Assembly: GCA_963801355.1 (NCBI GenBank)
Contig: CAWDEM010000004.1
Location: 704,001-768,000, forward strand
Direction of reading: 5' to 3'
Origin: Ignavibacteriota bacterium
Lineage (GTDB): Bacteria; Bacteroidota; Ignavibacteria; UBA10030; UBA6906
Length of the DNA: 64,000 bases
Below the pieces are notes generated by a model that was given only the letters and a program-made list of their open reading frames with translations, was not told the origin of the DNA and searched no databases. Below, piece after piece: positions 47,436 to 57,416 of this stretch (position 1 is the first letter of the stretch; the number at the start of each line of letters is the position of its first letter). Position numbers and translations under genes: made by a program.

Positions 47436-49730
47436 ATGAGAATTGCAGCCCACATTCCTATTTGCGCGGCATGTCTTATCGTGATCGCTGCAGGCGAACT
47501 GCGACCGCAGCCTGCTGCAGCGGAAGCCGCAAAAACAGCACGATACAATGTTGTCTGGGATTCCCCCAGTAATGATTACACCGGATCAATGCCGTTGGGC
47601 AACGGCGACATCAGCGTGAATGGCTGGGTAGAAAAGTCGGGGGATCTGGTCTTCTATATTGGCAAAACCGACAGCTGGGACGACAATGGACGCCTGCTGA
47701 AGGTGGGACGCGTGCGCATACAATTGGATCCACCTCCTATCACTCCCCTGGAACAATTTCAGCAAACGCTCGGTCTTGTTGACGGCACAATCTCCGTCCG
47801 GTTCCGGGCGGGCGACAACACCGTATCCATGCAGATGTGGGTCGATGCCCATCACCCGGTTATCGAGGTCGAGATCAAGAGCGATCACGCCATCGCCGCC
47901 TCGGCAGCTGTCGAAATGTGGCGGACAAAGAAGGACACGCTGGCGAGCATTGAGGTCAGTGATACATTTTGTGATGCCAACGGCAAGAGCCGTGGACTCA
48001 CGATCGTCGAACCCGACGTCTTGCTTGCGAATCCTTCTGCAGGCATCGGCTGGTACCACCACAACAGCAAATCAGTCGGTCCGGCAATCAGCGCACAGCT
48101 GCAGGGCCTGCAGGGTTTTCCCCGCACCGATCCGCTCCTGCATCGCACGTTCGGAGCTGTCATCACCGCCCCGGGCTCCAGGAGGGTGGACGCCCGCCGA
48201 CTTTCACTGCCCCCGTCGGACCACCACCGGATCAGCACGTATGTCGTCACACAGCATCCCGCCTCGCCTGGACAGTGGCAGTCGACTATGGATAGTGTCA
48301 TCGCAAAGACGGAAGCTGTCCCGCGACATCAGAGGAAAGAAGCTCACATGCGCTGGTGGGAAGAGTTCTGGAACCGCAGCTGGATTCACGTGTATGCAGG
48401 GAGCGGGGCGAGCCGGAAGGATTCCGACGATGCCTTTCTCGTGAGCAGAGCATACGCCCTGCAGCGCTTCATCGCGGCGTGTGCCGGGAGGGGAAAGTTC
48501 CCCATCAAATTCAACGGCTCAATATTCACGGTGCCGGCTGCCGGCAAACCCGGCGATGCCGACTACCGGCAATGGGGCCCGGGATATTGGTGGCAGAACA
48601 CACGCCTCCCCTACATGAGCATGTGCACATCCGGTGATTGGGATCTGATCCAGCCGTTGTTTGCAATGTATGCGCAGGAGCTCATGCCGCTCTTCCGCTA
48701 CCGGACCCGGTTGTACACGAACCACGGTGGAGCCTTTGTCCCCGAGTGTATCCTGTTCTGGGGGGATGAGTTCAACGAAGTGTATGGCTGGACTCCGTAT
48801 GAACAGCGCTCGGACAAGCTCCAGGAGAACAGGTATCACAAATGGGAATGGGTGTCAGGCCCGGAGCTTGTATTTCTGATGCTCGACTACTATGACCACA
48901 CCCTTGATGCGGAGTTCCTGTCGCGTACGCTCTTGCCCACCGCCCATGAGATTCTGACGTTCTTCGATGAGCACTATGCGACCGACGCGATAGGCAAGCT
49001 GGTCATGTACCCCTCGCAGGCATGCGAAACCTGGTGGGAGTGCACGAATCCGATGCCTGAAATCGCCGGACTTCACGCGGTGCTCGAACGGCTCTCCGCT
49101 CTCCCCGGATCGCTCACCACGCCTCAGCTCCGCCGCTTCTGGAGTGTGTTGCGCAGCAAAATACCTGATCTCCCCACACGCACCGTTGAGGGAGTCACGA
49201 TGCTTGCCCCAGCCGACATCTTTGCGAACAAGCAGAACATCGAGAACCCTGAACTCTATGCTGTTTACCCATTCCGTCTCGTCGCATTCGAGAAACCAAA
49301 CAAGAAATTGGGGAGTGCCGCGCTGAAATATCGTGAAGACCGTGGCAACTTCGGGTGGCGTCAGGATGACATTTTCATGGCATACCTGGGTATGGCCGAC
49401 TCCGCGAAACAGTACACTATCGGACGTGCAAGCAAGAGCCATGCGGAGTCCAGATTTCCGGCATTCTGGGGACCGAATTATGATTGGGTGCCTGATCAGG
49501 ACCACGGTAGTGTCCTGCTCAAAACACTACAGGCCATGCTCCTTCAGAGTGATGGACGCACATGCTATCTCCTGCCGGCCTGGCCGGAGGGATGGAATGT
49601 GGATTTCAAACTTCATGCGCCGTTCAATACCACGATTGCGGGTGTGGTTCACAACGGGAAGGTCGTACATCTTACGACCGTCCCGGAGACCAGATCCGGA
49701 GATGTCATTATCCTGAACCCCCGGGAATGA
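47436..49730 (+). CDS. DUF5703-family exported glycoside hydrolase-like protein (GH95-related)
   Basis: Signal peptide; YNVVWDSPS...SMPLGNGD, PIKFNGSIF, WWQNTRLPY, ENPELYAVYP, LLPAWPEGWNVDFKLHAP. Confidence 0.8.
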   Translation: MRIAAHIPICAACLIVIAAGELRPQPAAAEAAKTARYNVVWDSPSNDYTGSMPLGNGDISVNGWVEKSGDLVFYIGKTDSWDDNGRLLKVGRVRIQLDPPPITPLEQFQQTLGLVDGTISVRFRAGDNTVSMQMWVDAHHPVIEVEIKSDHAIAASAAVEMWRTKKDTLASIEVSDTFCDANGKSRGLTIVEPDVLLANPSAGIGWYHHNSKSVGPAISAQLQGLQGFPRTDPLLHRTFGAVITAPGSRRVDARRLSLPPSDHHRISTYVVTQHPASPGQWQSTMDSVIAKTEAVPRHQRKEAHMRWWEEFWNRSWIHVYAGSGASRKDSDDAFLVSRAYALQRFIAACAGRGKFPIKFNGSIFTVPAAGKPGDADYRQWGPGYWWQNTRLPYMSMCTSGDWDLIQPLFAMYAQELMPLFRYRTRLYTNHGGAFVPECILFWGDEFNEVYGWTPYEQRSDKLQENRYHKWEWVSGPELVFLMLDYYDHTLDAEFLSRTLLPTAHEILTFFDEHYATDAIGKLVMYPSQACETWWECTNPMPEIAGLHAVLERLSALPGSLTTPQLRRFWSVLRSKIPDLPTRTVEGVTMLAPADIFANKQNIENPELYAVYPFRLVAFEKPNKKLGSAALKYREDRGNFGWRQDDIFMAYLGMADSAKQYTIGRASKSHAESRFPAFWGPNYDWVPDQDHGSVLLKTLQAMLLQSDGRTCYLLPAWPEGWNVDFKLHAPFNTTIAGVVHNGKVVHLTTVPETRSGDVIILNPRE

Positions 49731-49739
49731 TCCGCTTTC

Positions 49740-52019
49740 TTGCGGAATAGGAGGTTCCTCTTGTCATTTTTTCCACATACAGTCATACGCAAACGTCTGC
49801 CTGGATCCTGTTGCCTTCTGCTTGCTTTCTTTCTGGCATTGTGTACCCACACGCATGCTGAAAGTGGTGGCAGTGTTCGCGGTTTTGTTACCGACTCAAC
49901 GAATGGTGAACCGCTGATCTTTGCTAACATTACGGTGCGGGGGATTTCCCGTGGTACTTCAACGGATATCAAGGGATTTTTCTATATCGCCGGCGTTCCC
50001 GAGGGAGACCACGCTCTCATCATTTCGATGGTGGGATATCGCAGGAAAGTGGTTCCTGTTCCGGTGCGTGAAGGAGAAATAACGCACCTCCGGATACGCC
50101 TTGCGCCCGGCAAAATCGAGATGGAGGAGCTGACCATTGTACGTGATCGGTCCGGGCGACCGACCGACAGGGAGGTGGGACTACAGCAGATCTCCGTTCG
50201 GGAGATTAATCTGGCCCCCATCAACACGGAAGCCGACATTTTCCGTATCGTGCAGATGAGTCCCGGGGTGACGATGACCGGTGATGTCACTGCGCGCTAC
50301 TATGTGCGGGGTGGTGGGGGAGACCAGAACATGCTGCTTGTGGACGGCGTCACGATCTATAGTCCATTTCACGCCCTCGGTGTCCTCAGCGTTGTGGATC
50401 CGGATGTGATCGCGGGCCTGGAATTCCACAAAGGCGGGTTTGGCCCCGAGCTGGGCGGCCGGCTTTCGTCGATACTCAACGTCCAGACGCGCGACGGCAA
50501 CAAGAACAGGTTTGGCGCTTCTGCACAGGCGAGTTTACTGACCGGCAAGGTTTCCATTGAAGGCCCCATTCCCGATGGGTCATTTCTCATTGCCGGGCGC
50601 AAAAGCATATCACCAAAGGCCCTTGAGCGTTTCTTGCGGTCATCTGGCGCCCCGTTCGATTTCTATGACCTTTCATTCAAAGTGAACTATGCGAATCCCC
50701 TGCTTGATGAGAATGGCACGCTCAGCGCACATGGCTTCCTCAGCGCCGACAATGTGCGCAGCGACGATCCCTTCAAGGAGGACTATGCGGTACGGAACAC
50801 CGCGATGGGGCTTGAATGGCACAAGGTGTGGCCCAATCCGCTGCATTCGACCGTGCGCGTGGCGTACAGCGGATTTGACGCGGAAGTGCTCCCCAATGCA
50901 AGCGAGGCTGTCCCCCGGTCAAACACCGTGCGCGATGTCACGGTCTCTGCAGATGCCGGATACGTGTACACCAGCAGGGACGAACTGCAATTCGGTCTTG
51001 AGACGAAGTTTCTCTCAACCCGGTACGTGACCGAAAATCTTCTCCGCTTGAAGCGCTCCTTTGATGAACGGGCATGGGATTTAACGATGTATGTGAATTA
51101 TCACTTCCTGCGGTGGGAATCGTTCGGCCTCGATATTGGCATGCGTATCCGGCCCCAACAGCTGGCACGATTTGGCTCGGTAATTTTCGAACCGCGCTTC
51201 AGGGCAAGTTATGCGCCGGTGCCCGTGCTGGTGTTCCATGGGGCAGCCGGGTGGTACTCACAGGAAGTCACAACGTTGATGAACGAAACGGATGTGATTT
51301 CGATCTTTGAACCATGGATCATTGTGCCCGACTACCTGCGGGCCTCCGACGCGGCGCATTTTGTCGCAGGGATAGAGTATGACCTTTCGGAACGGCTCTC
51401 TTTGAACGTCGAGGGGTATTACAAGCCGATGTTCAATCTCTTTGAAGTCAATGAGAAGAAATTCACAGCGGGGGCGCCCGATCACGTCAATGTCGCCGGA
51501 ACCTCGTACGGAGTCGAATGCTCTGTCAAGTGGCTCACGGATGCCGTCTTAATGCAAGCCAGCTATACATTGAGCCGGGCCCGGCTGAATATCGGCGGGG
51601 TGAGCTACACGCCGCGGTACGATGTACGCCATGTGGTCAATGTGAATGCAGGGCTGGAGCTTGGCGACGGATGGATCATTTCCGGAGTCTGGTCTCTCCG
51701 GTCGGGGTTGCCGTTCACGCCGATTGTGGGATTCTATGATCGTGTGGTCCTTTCCCAGGATTCCCCCATCGACGTGCTCAATCCCCAGGAACCGGTTACA
51801 GCCTGGGGAGAACGCAATTCCCAACGGTTGCCGGTCTATCATCGTCTGGACCTCAGCTGTACCAAACGGGTTGACATTGAACCTGTGCGGCTGACCATCG
51901 GCATCAGCGTTACCAATGTGTACGATCGTAAGAATATTTTCTATCTCGACCGCAATACCGGCGAACATATCTATATGCTGCGTTTCGCACCGTCAGTGCT
52001 TGTCAAAGCGGAACTATGA
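49740..52019 (+). CDS. TonB-dependent receptor with CarboxypepD-like N-domain
   Basis: GFVTDSTNGEPL, YVRGGGGDQN, GGRLSSIL, RLPVYHRLD; start uncertain. Confidence 0.9.
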   Translation: MRNRRFLLSFFPHTVIRKRLPGSCCLLLAFFLALCTHTHAESGGSVRGFVTDSTNGEPLIFANITVRGISRGTSTDIKGFFYIAGVPEGDHALIISMVGYRRKVVPVPVREGEITHLRIRLAPGKIEMEELTIVRDRSGRPTDREVGLQQISVREINLAPINTEADIFRIVQMSPGVTMTGDVTARYYVRGGGGDQNMLLVDGVTIYSPFHALGVLSVVDPDVIAGLEFHKGGFGPELGGRLSSILNVQTRDGNKNRFGASAQASLLTGKVSIEGPIPDGSFLIAGRKSISPKALERFLRSSGAPFDFYDLSFKVNYANPLLDENGTLSAHGFLSADNVRSDDPFKEDYAVRNTAMGLEWHKVWPNPLHSTVRVAYSGFDAEVLPNASEAVPRSNTVRDVTVSADAGYVYTSRDELQFGLETKFLSTRYVTENLLRLKRSFDERAWDLTMYVNYHFLRWESFGLDIGMRIRPQQLARFGSVIFEPRFRASYAPVPVLVFHGAAGWYSQEVTTLMNETDVISIFEPWIIVPDYLRASDAAHFVAGIEYDLSERLSLNVEGYYKPMFNLFEVNEKKFTAGAPDHVNVAGTSYGVECSVKWLTDAVLMQASYTLSRARLNIGGVSYTPRYDVRHVVNVNAGLELGDGWIISGVWSLRSGLPFTPIVGFYDRVVLSQDSPIDVLNPQEPVTAWGERNSQRLPVYHRLDLSCTKRVDIEPVRLTIGISVTNVYDRKNIFYLDRNTGEHIYMLRFAPSVLVKAEL

Positions 52020-53008
52020 GAATACCCGTGTGGTGTACAGGTGCAATCATGGCAATCCTGCTGGCGCCGGGTTGCGATGAGGATTTCTCGCCTAAGATTC
52101 CCGGCGGGACCCGGTATTACCTGTTCTGTATTGTGGATGCAACGCCGTTGGGCGGTAGTATGCAGTTTGCCGTGGTTGACAGAATGTACGATGTTGAGGG
52201 TTTGAACCCGGCACTGAACACCTTTGACCCCTTTGTCGGGGGAGCCGAAATCGTCCTTACTGTCCGCGGACAGCAGTATATTTTCCGCCAGGGTGTGATG
52301 GCACGGCTTGATACGTCTCGATACACCACCGCCGTGCACTACTACTATGCTCGAGGAATGACGATCGTTGCACGGGATGCTGTCGTCATTCGGGCGACGC
52401 TGCCGGACAGTACAGTGCTTTCAGCCTCTACGGTGGTTCCCGACTTCAATGCCGCGGAGTCGATACCGCAGTTCGCCAACGGCGTGACCACCCTCGTGAA
52501 TCGGTACACAATCGGAGACAAATGGCTGCTTGTGTGGGAGGGTCTTCTTTCATCGGAAGAGCACCTGTTCTTTCCCCGCCTTCTGCTCACGTATACTGTC
52601 ACGGACAGCGCCGGAACGCACTATCATTTCGAACCCGTCCCGCTCAAATATGTGCAGTATAACGGGCAGTATCTTCCTGTGTATTGCTCGTACCAGACCA
52701 CCGCTTCATTGGCAGTGGAGTTTGACGCTCTGGACCGGTTCATGGAAGGGATCGGTCAGGGAATCGCGGATAAATCCAGCATCCACGTTCAGTATTTGAC
52801 GCTTCAAGTGATCGAATGCGATCAGGCGCTCTCGCGGTACTATAGCAGCGTGAACGGGTATATGGACCAGTTCTCCGTGCGTCTTGATGAGCGGACCTAC
52901 ACCAATATCCAGGGAGGTGAAGGGATTTTCGGGTCGTCTACAACGACCTCGATGAAATTCCCCGTGAATGCAAAGTATGCGGGCCGGTTTGGCTACCAGG
53001 TGGAGTGA
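52016..53008 (+). CDS. DUF4249-like lipoprotein
   Basis: LAPGC lipobox; YTNIQGGEGIFGS; ATGA-coupled to the receptor. Confidence 0.7.
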   Translation: MRIPVWCTGAIMAILLAPGCDEDFSPKIPGGTRYYLFCIVDATPLGGSMQFAVVDRMYDVEGLNPALNTFDPFVGGAEIVLTVRGQQYIFRQGVMARLDTSRYTTAVHYYYARGMTIVARDAVVIRATLPDSTVLSASTVVPDFNAAESIPQFANGVTTLVNRYTIGDKWLLVWEGLLSSEEHLFFPRLLLTYTVTDSAGTHYHFEPVPLKYVQYNGQYLPVYCSYQTTASLAVEFDALDRFMEGIGQGIADKSSIHVQYLTLQVIECDQALSRYYSSVNGYMDQFSVRLDERTYTNIQGGEGIFGSSTTTSMKFPVNAKYAGRFGYQVE

Positions 53009-53086
53009 ATTGTGTTTGACAACACACCATGTCTCAGCATACTATGAGCATGACAGCCTCATGCACCAGGCAGCGCGTGATCCTGC

Positions 53087-54721
53087 CTACCAGTTCTTCA
53101 CGATCTCCGCAAAACACTCCAGCCCGCTGGGAATCACGGCGCCGTATCCGTGACCGGGTTTCGACCAGGCTCCGGCAAGCCAGAGATTCTTGATGGGTGT
53201 AGCGTGGCCGATGCGTTGTGAACCGGAGTTGTTCACGGTCTGGTCCCATCCGTAGATTGCTCCGCGGTGATGGCCGGTGTAGCGTATATTGGTAAGAGGC
53301 GTCCCGATCTCCTTGACCTCTATTGCCGAAGAAAGTCCCGGAAGCAACGTCTTCTCCACTTTCTGGATCAGCACGTCTGCCATTCTTTCCTTTTCCTTGC
53401 GGTAGGCCCGCTTCTCTCCGGCGAAATAGTCCTTCGCGAACTTCTCCCAGTGGTCGTAACCCTGCAGCGTCAGGATGTTGATGGTGTTCTTCCCGGCAGG
53501 AGAATAACCCTCGAAGATGTTGTCGTAGAGAGAGAGGCCGTAGCCGCCATGTTCGACATCCGCGTTGAGCAGGCCCGCGTAGCCTGCTTCGGGATCGTAC
53601 GCCGGCTCGTAGAATATTTCTGAATCGGTAATCCCCGCGTTCTTGACGAGGTTCGTCTTCAGACCGAGGAACACCTGGAAGCACGACAGGCTCACACTGT
53701 ATTTCCGGCACTCCGTCAGATAGTTGCCGACCAGCGCCTGATCCTGGATCATCGTGCCGAATGTAGCGAAGGGGCTCGCGTTCGAGACGACGACTTTCGC
53801 TTCGAACGTCTTTCCGTCTGCTGTCCCGACTCCGGTGGCGGCGCCGTTCTTGAGCAGAATCTGTTTCACTGTGGTGCCAAGAAGTATGGTTCCACCATGA
53901 CTTCTGATAAATCCTGCAAACGCGTTGCTGATGTCTTGAGAGCGGCCCTTCGGATAGTACCCCCCTCGTGTCAGGTATCCCATGAACGGCATGGCGTAGT
54001 AAAAGCATGAGAGCTTGGAAGGCGGGAGACCGTAATATCCCCATTGAGCCGAGACGATGGCTTTCAGGCGGGGATTCTTGATTCGGGAATCGACCATCTG
54101 GCCCCAGGTCCATTGATGGAACTTGAAGAGATGAGGAAAATCGACGGGGAACTTGCTCATGTCCACCTGCCCCTTTGCATCCGAGATGCGGCCGATATCG
54201 CCGGCCAGTCCCTTCATGTCGTCGAAGAGCCCGGTAATGCCTTCCTTCTCATCGGGGAAGAGGGTGTGCAGCGTGGCAACATAGGCTGCGGGGTTTTTCT
54301 GCTGCACGCGGATGTCGTGTTCGGGAAATATTGTGCGGAAGAGAAAGGGATGCGGCACAAACTCAACATCGGCGAGTTCGGGGAAGCCCCAGATGAGGTT
54401 TGGCACGCCGTTGCGTTCACCAACGGTTGTGGAATGCAACGACACATCGAATGTGAACCCGCCGGGGCGTGAGAAGGCCGTTGCAAAGCCCCCCACCTTG
54501 TCATGTTGTTCGATCACCAGAGGCCGGAAGCCCTGCCGTGCAAATGCCGCCGCGCAGGAGAGACCGGCAAGGCCGGACCCGATGATGATGGCATCATAGC
54601 CGGAGGGTTGTCTGGCGGACGGTTGAGAGAAGGGGAGTGCATCCCAGTCGATGGCCGCGGTAGTGAACATTCCTGCGAGCATTTCCAGGAATTCGCGTCG
54701 TGGTACACAGAAATCGTTCAT
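53087..54721 (-). CDS. Phytoene desaturase-family FAD oxidoreductase
   Basis: IIIGSGLAGL, YYPKGRSQDI, GTPLTNIRYT...GAIYG, NLWLAGAWS. Confidence 0.88.
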   Translation of the reverse strand: MNDFCVPRREFLEMLAGMFTTAAIDWDALPFSQPSARQPSGYDAIIIGSGLAGLSCAAAFARQGFRPLVIEQHDKVGGFATAFSRPGGFTFDVSLHSTTVGERNGVPNLIWGFPELADVEFVPHPFLFRTIFPEHDIRVQQKNPAAYVATLHTLFPDEKEGITGLFDDMKGLAGDIGRISDAKGQVDMSKFPVDFPHLFKFHQWTWGQMVDSRIKNPRLKAIVSAQWGYYGLPPSKLSCFYYAMPFMGYLTRGGYYPKGRSQDISNAFAGFIRSHGGTILLGTTVKQILLKNGAATGVGTADGKTFEAKVVVSNASPFATFGTMIQDQALVGNYLTECRKYSVSLSCFQVFLGLKTNLVKNAGITDSEIFYEPAYDPEAGYAGLLNADVEHGGYGLSLYDNIFEGYSPAGKNTINILTLQGYDHWEKFAKDYFAGEKRAYRKEKERMADVLIQKVEKTLLPGLSSAIEVKEIGTPLTNIRYTGHHRGAIYGWDQTVNNSGSQRIGHATPIKNLWLAGAWSKPGHGYGAVIPSGLECFAEIVKNW

Positions 54722-54742
54722 GTCAGCCTCGCACGTGGTGGT

Positions 54743-55306
54743 TCACATTGCCGGCCACAACCAGCCGAACGTTCCCGCCGTTACCAATGCATACAGGAGC
54801 CCGTCAAAGGTACTCTTCAGCGTTACCGACCATGGACGTTTGAACCAGATTGATTCCTGCCAGCCGCCGATGGCATACGCCGCGAATGCAGTGACGCCGG
54901 CATACCGGAAAACAGAGAGGTAGGGGTCACCGGGATGCAGAACGCGGCCGGTAACGTATGCTGCAAAAATGCTCACCACGATGCTGTACATGAACCACTG
55001 GGCGAGCGAGCCGACCATGGAATCAGAACCACCGGGCCAGATTGTCAGGATCGCTCCGGGACCTTTCTTCACCTTCTCCAGATACTCCGGGGACTTCATA
55101 TCTTTGGAGGTGGCTGCACGGGGCATCATGTACTGTCCCGCGGGAATGTTGAATTTGCGCAGAGCCTCCATAAGCCCGTCTTCATCCGGAACCTTCCGGT
55201 AGTCGTTCGCGTGATATCCGAGCACCATGTGGATCAACGAACTGAGAATGAATACGAATACCGCCGAAAGAAGGATGGGGAGCCAGAGAGCGCCGATGGA
55301 TACCAT
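54743..55306 (-). CDS. Hypothetical membrane protein (about 4 TM)
   Basis: GGAGG RBS; hydrophobic helices. Confidence 0.7.
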   Translation of the reverse strand: MVSIGALWLPILLSAVFVFILSSLIHMVLGYHANDYRKVPDEDGLMEALRKFNIPAGQYMMPRAATSKDMKSPEYLEKVKKGPGAILTIWPGGSDSMVGSLAQWFMYSIVVSIFAAYVTGRVLHPGDPYLSVFRYAGVTAFAAYAIGGWQESIWFKRPWSVTLKSTFDGLLYALVTAGTFGWLWPAM

Positions 55307-55413
55307 AGCTGCCTCCTGAGATATGGGATGGAGAGTGGGAACGACGGTGGAAGGTAGGATATTCCAGAGGCAGAGGCAAGGGTACGATTGGAGGAGACTT
55401 TTACTCGAGACTT

Positions 55414-56631
55414 TTACTCGTACCGGAGCGCGTCAATCGGGTTCAACATTGCTGCTTTTCGCGCAGGGTAGAACCCAAAAAAAACACCGATGGCAATAGA
55501 AAATCCAAAGGAAAGAATGATCGAGAACGTAGTAATAATAGTCGGCCATTTGGCAAGGCCAGAGATAAGTGACGAGCCGATCACTCCCAGGAGGATACCC
55601 GTTGTACCCCCGAGGAGACTGAGGACCAGTGCCTCCACCAGGAATTGCAGAAGGATGTCGCGGGACCGTGCTCCGACGGACATCCGGATACCGATTTCTC
55701 TTGTTCGTTCCGTCACGGAGACCAGCATGATGTTCATGATGCCGATGCCACCGACGAGAAGTGAGACCGAGGCGATACTTGCCAGGAGGATCGTGAGTAT
55801 ATCCGTCGTGGCTGTTGCTGCGGTGGCCAGATCGGCCTGATTCCTGATCGTGAAGTCATCCGGCTCGGAGGCAATGAGTTTGTGCCGCATGCGTAGCAGG
55901 TCGGTAATCTGCTTCTGGGCGACACTGATGTTCGCCGGGCTCGTTGCGGAAACAAGAACCTGGCGGAGGTAGGGGAACCGACTGAGGCGGCGCCCGACGG
56001 TGGTATACGGTGCAAGAATGACGTCGTCCTGATCCTGCCCCATGGCGTTCTGTCCCTTCTTGGCCAGAACTCCGACCACTTTACAGGGAACATTGCGGAT
56101 GCGCACATTCTGTCCGACAGGGCTCTCGTCAGGAAAGAGGTTGTCTGCCACAGTGCTGCCGAGGACACACACTTTCGCGGCCGCCTTAATGTCCTGTTCC
56201 GTGTAGAAATCGCCGTATTCAACCGACCACTTCCTGATCTCCAGATAATCCGCCCCCGTTCCTTCAATGCCCGTGGCCCAATTGAGATTTCCTGCGATTA
56301 CCTGGCCTCCGGCTCGAGTTCCGGGCGACACCAGGGCAACGGCCGGACATTCGTGTGTGATGGCTTGCGCATCTTCCTCTGTGAGAGTGGTCACCGATCC
56401 TGCACCAAAATGTACTCCGGCGGTCTGTTGTGCTCCCGGCAGGATGATGAGGACATTGGTACCCAGTGAGCTGATTTGTTGTTCAACCGAGAACTGCGCA
56501 CCCTGGCCTATCGCAAGCATTGCGATCACTGCGGCGACGCCGATAATGATGCCGAGCATCGTCAGAAATGAACGCATTTTGTTCCGCCGTAATGCGCGAA
56601 AGGCTGAGAGCAGGATATTCATGAGCTTCAT
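55414..56631 (-). CDS. MacB-like ABC permease
   Basis: [52 protein letters not shown]. Confidence 0.95.
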   Translation of the reverse strand: MKLMNILLSAFRALRRNKMRSFLTMLGIIIGVAAVIAMLAIGQGAQFSVEQQISSLGTNVLIILPGAQQTAGVHFGAGSVTTLTEEDAQAITHECPAVALVSPGTRAGGQVIAGNLNWATGIEGTGADYLEIRKWSVEYGDFYTEQDIKAAAKVCVLGSTVADNLFPDESPVGQNVRIRNVPCKVVGVLAKKGQNAMGQDQDDVILAPYTTVGRRLSRFPYLRQVLVSATSPANISVAQKQITDLLRMRHKLIASEPDDFTIRNQADLATAATATTDILTILLASIASVSLLVGGIGIMNIMLVSVTERTREIGIRMSVGARSRDILLQFLVEALVLSLLGGTTGILLGVIGSSLISGLAKWPTIITTFSIILSFGFSIAIGVFFGFYPARKAAMLNPIDALRYE

Positions 56632-57416
56632 TCTTCGTCGTCCTCATCGATTGCCGGCATTTCCTTGAGCACTTCGGACGCGCCCCGCGGATCAGTTGTG
56701 ATCCGATCCGATCGGATCTTGCCATCCCGGAACACAATCTGACGTTTGGCAAAACTCGCGATATCGGGTTCATGAGTCACCAGCAGGATGGTAATACCCT
56801 TCTGGTTGAGGCGCTGAAATATGTCCATCACTTCGACACTTGTTCTGCTATCCAGATTACCCGTAGGTTCATCCGCGAGCACGATGCTCGGATCATTAAC
56901 CAGAGCGCGTGCGATGGCAACGCGTTGCTGTTGTCCGCCCGAGAGCTGGTTGGGGAAGTGATGCACCCGGTCGCTGAGGCCGACGATTTCGAGGGAACGA
57001 ATGGCCCGCTGGTGCCGGTCCTTCTGGGTTGTGCTGGCATAGAGGAGCGGCAGCTCCACATTTTCGAGTGCGGAAGTCCGTGAAAGCAGGTTGAAGCCCT
57101 GGAACACGAATCCGATGTTCCTGTTCCGTAGCTGTGCAAGTTCATCCCGCGAGAGTTTTGCCACATCGATGTCTTCGAGCATGTACGTCCCGCGCGTGGG
57201 CTTGTCCAGGCAGCCGAGGATGTTCATGAAGGTTGACTTGCCCGAACCGGATGCTCCCATGATGGCAACGAAATCGCCCCGTGCGATTGTCAGGGAAATG
57301 CCCCGCAGTGCATGAACCTCTACCTCACCGAGCTGATAGGTCTTGACAAGATGGTCGATCCGGATGAGATGCCCGTTCGACGTCTGAACGGGAGTCTTGC
57401 CGTTGGTACCGATCAT
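56628..57416 (-). CDS. MacB/LolD-type ABC ATPase
   Basis: [28 protein letters not shown]; ATGA overlaps at both ends. Confidence 0.95.
   Translation of the reverse strand: MIGTNGKTPVQTSNGHLIRIDHLVKTYQLGEVEVHALRGISLTIARGDFVAIMGASGSGKSTFMNILGCLDKPTRGTYMLEDIDVAKLSRDELAQLRNRNIGFVFQGFNLLSRTSALENVELPLLYASTTQKDRHQRAIRSLEIVGLSDRVHHFPNQLSGGQQQRVAIARALVNDPSIVLADEPTGNLDSRTSVEVMDIFQRLNQKGITILLVTHEPDIASFAKRQIVFRDGKIRSDRITTDPRGASEVLKEMPAIDEDDEE

Noticed and set aside
53034-54113. 359-aa alternative-frame ORF inside the desaturase gene
   Set aside because: Arg-rich frame-shifted shadow; the main frame is intact, so there is no sign of a frameshift
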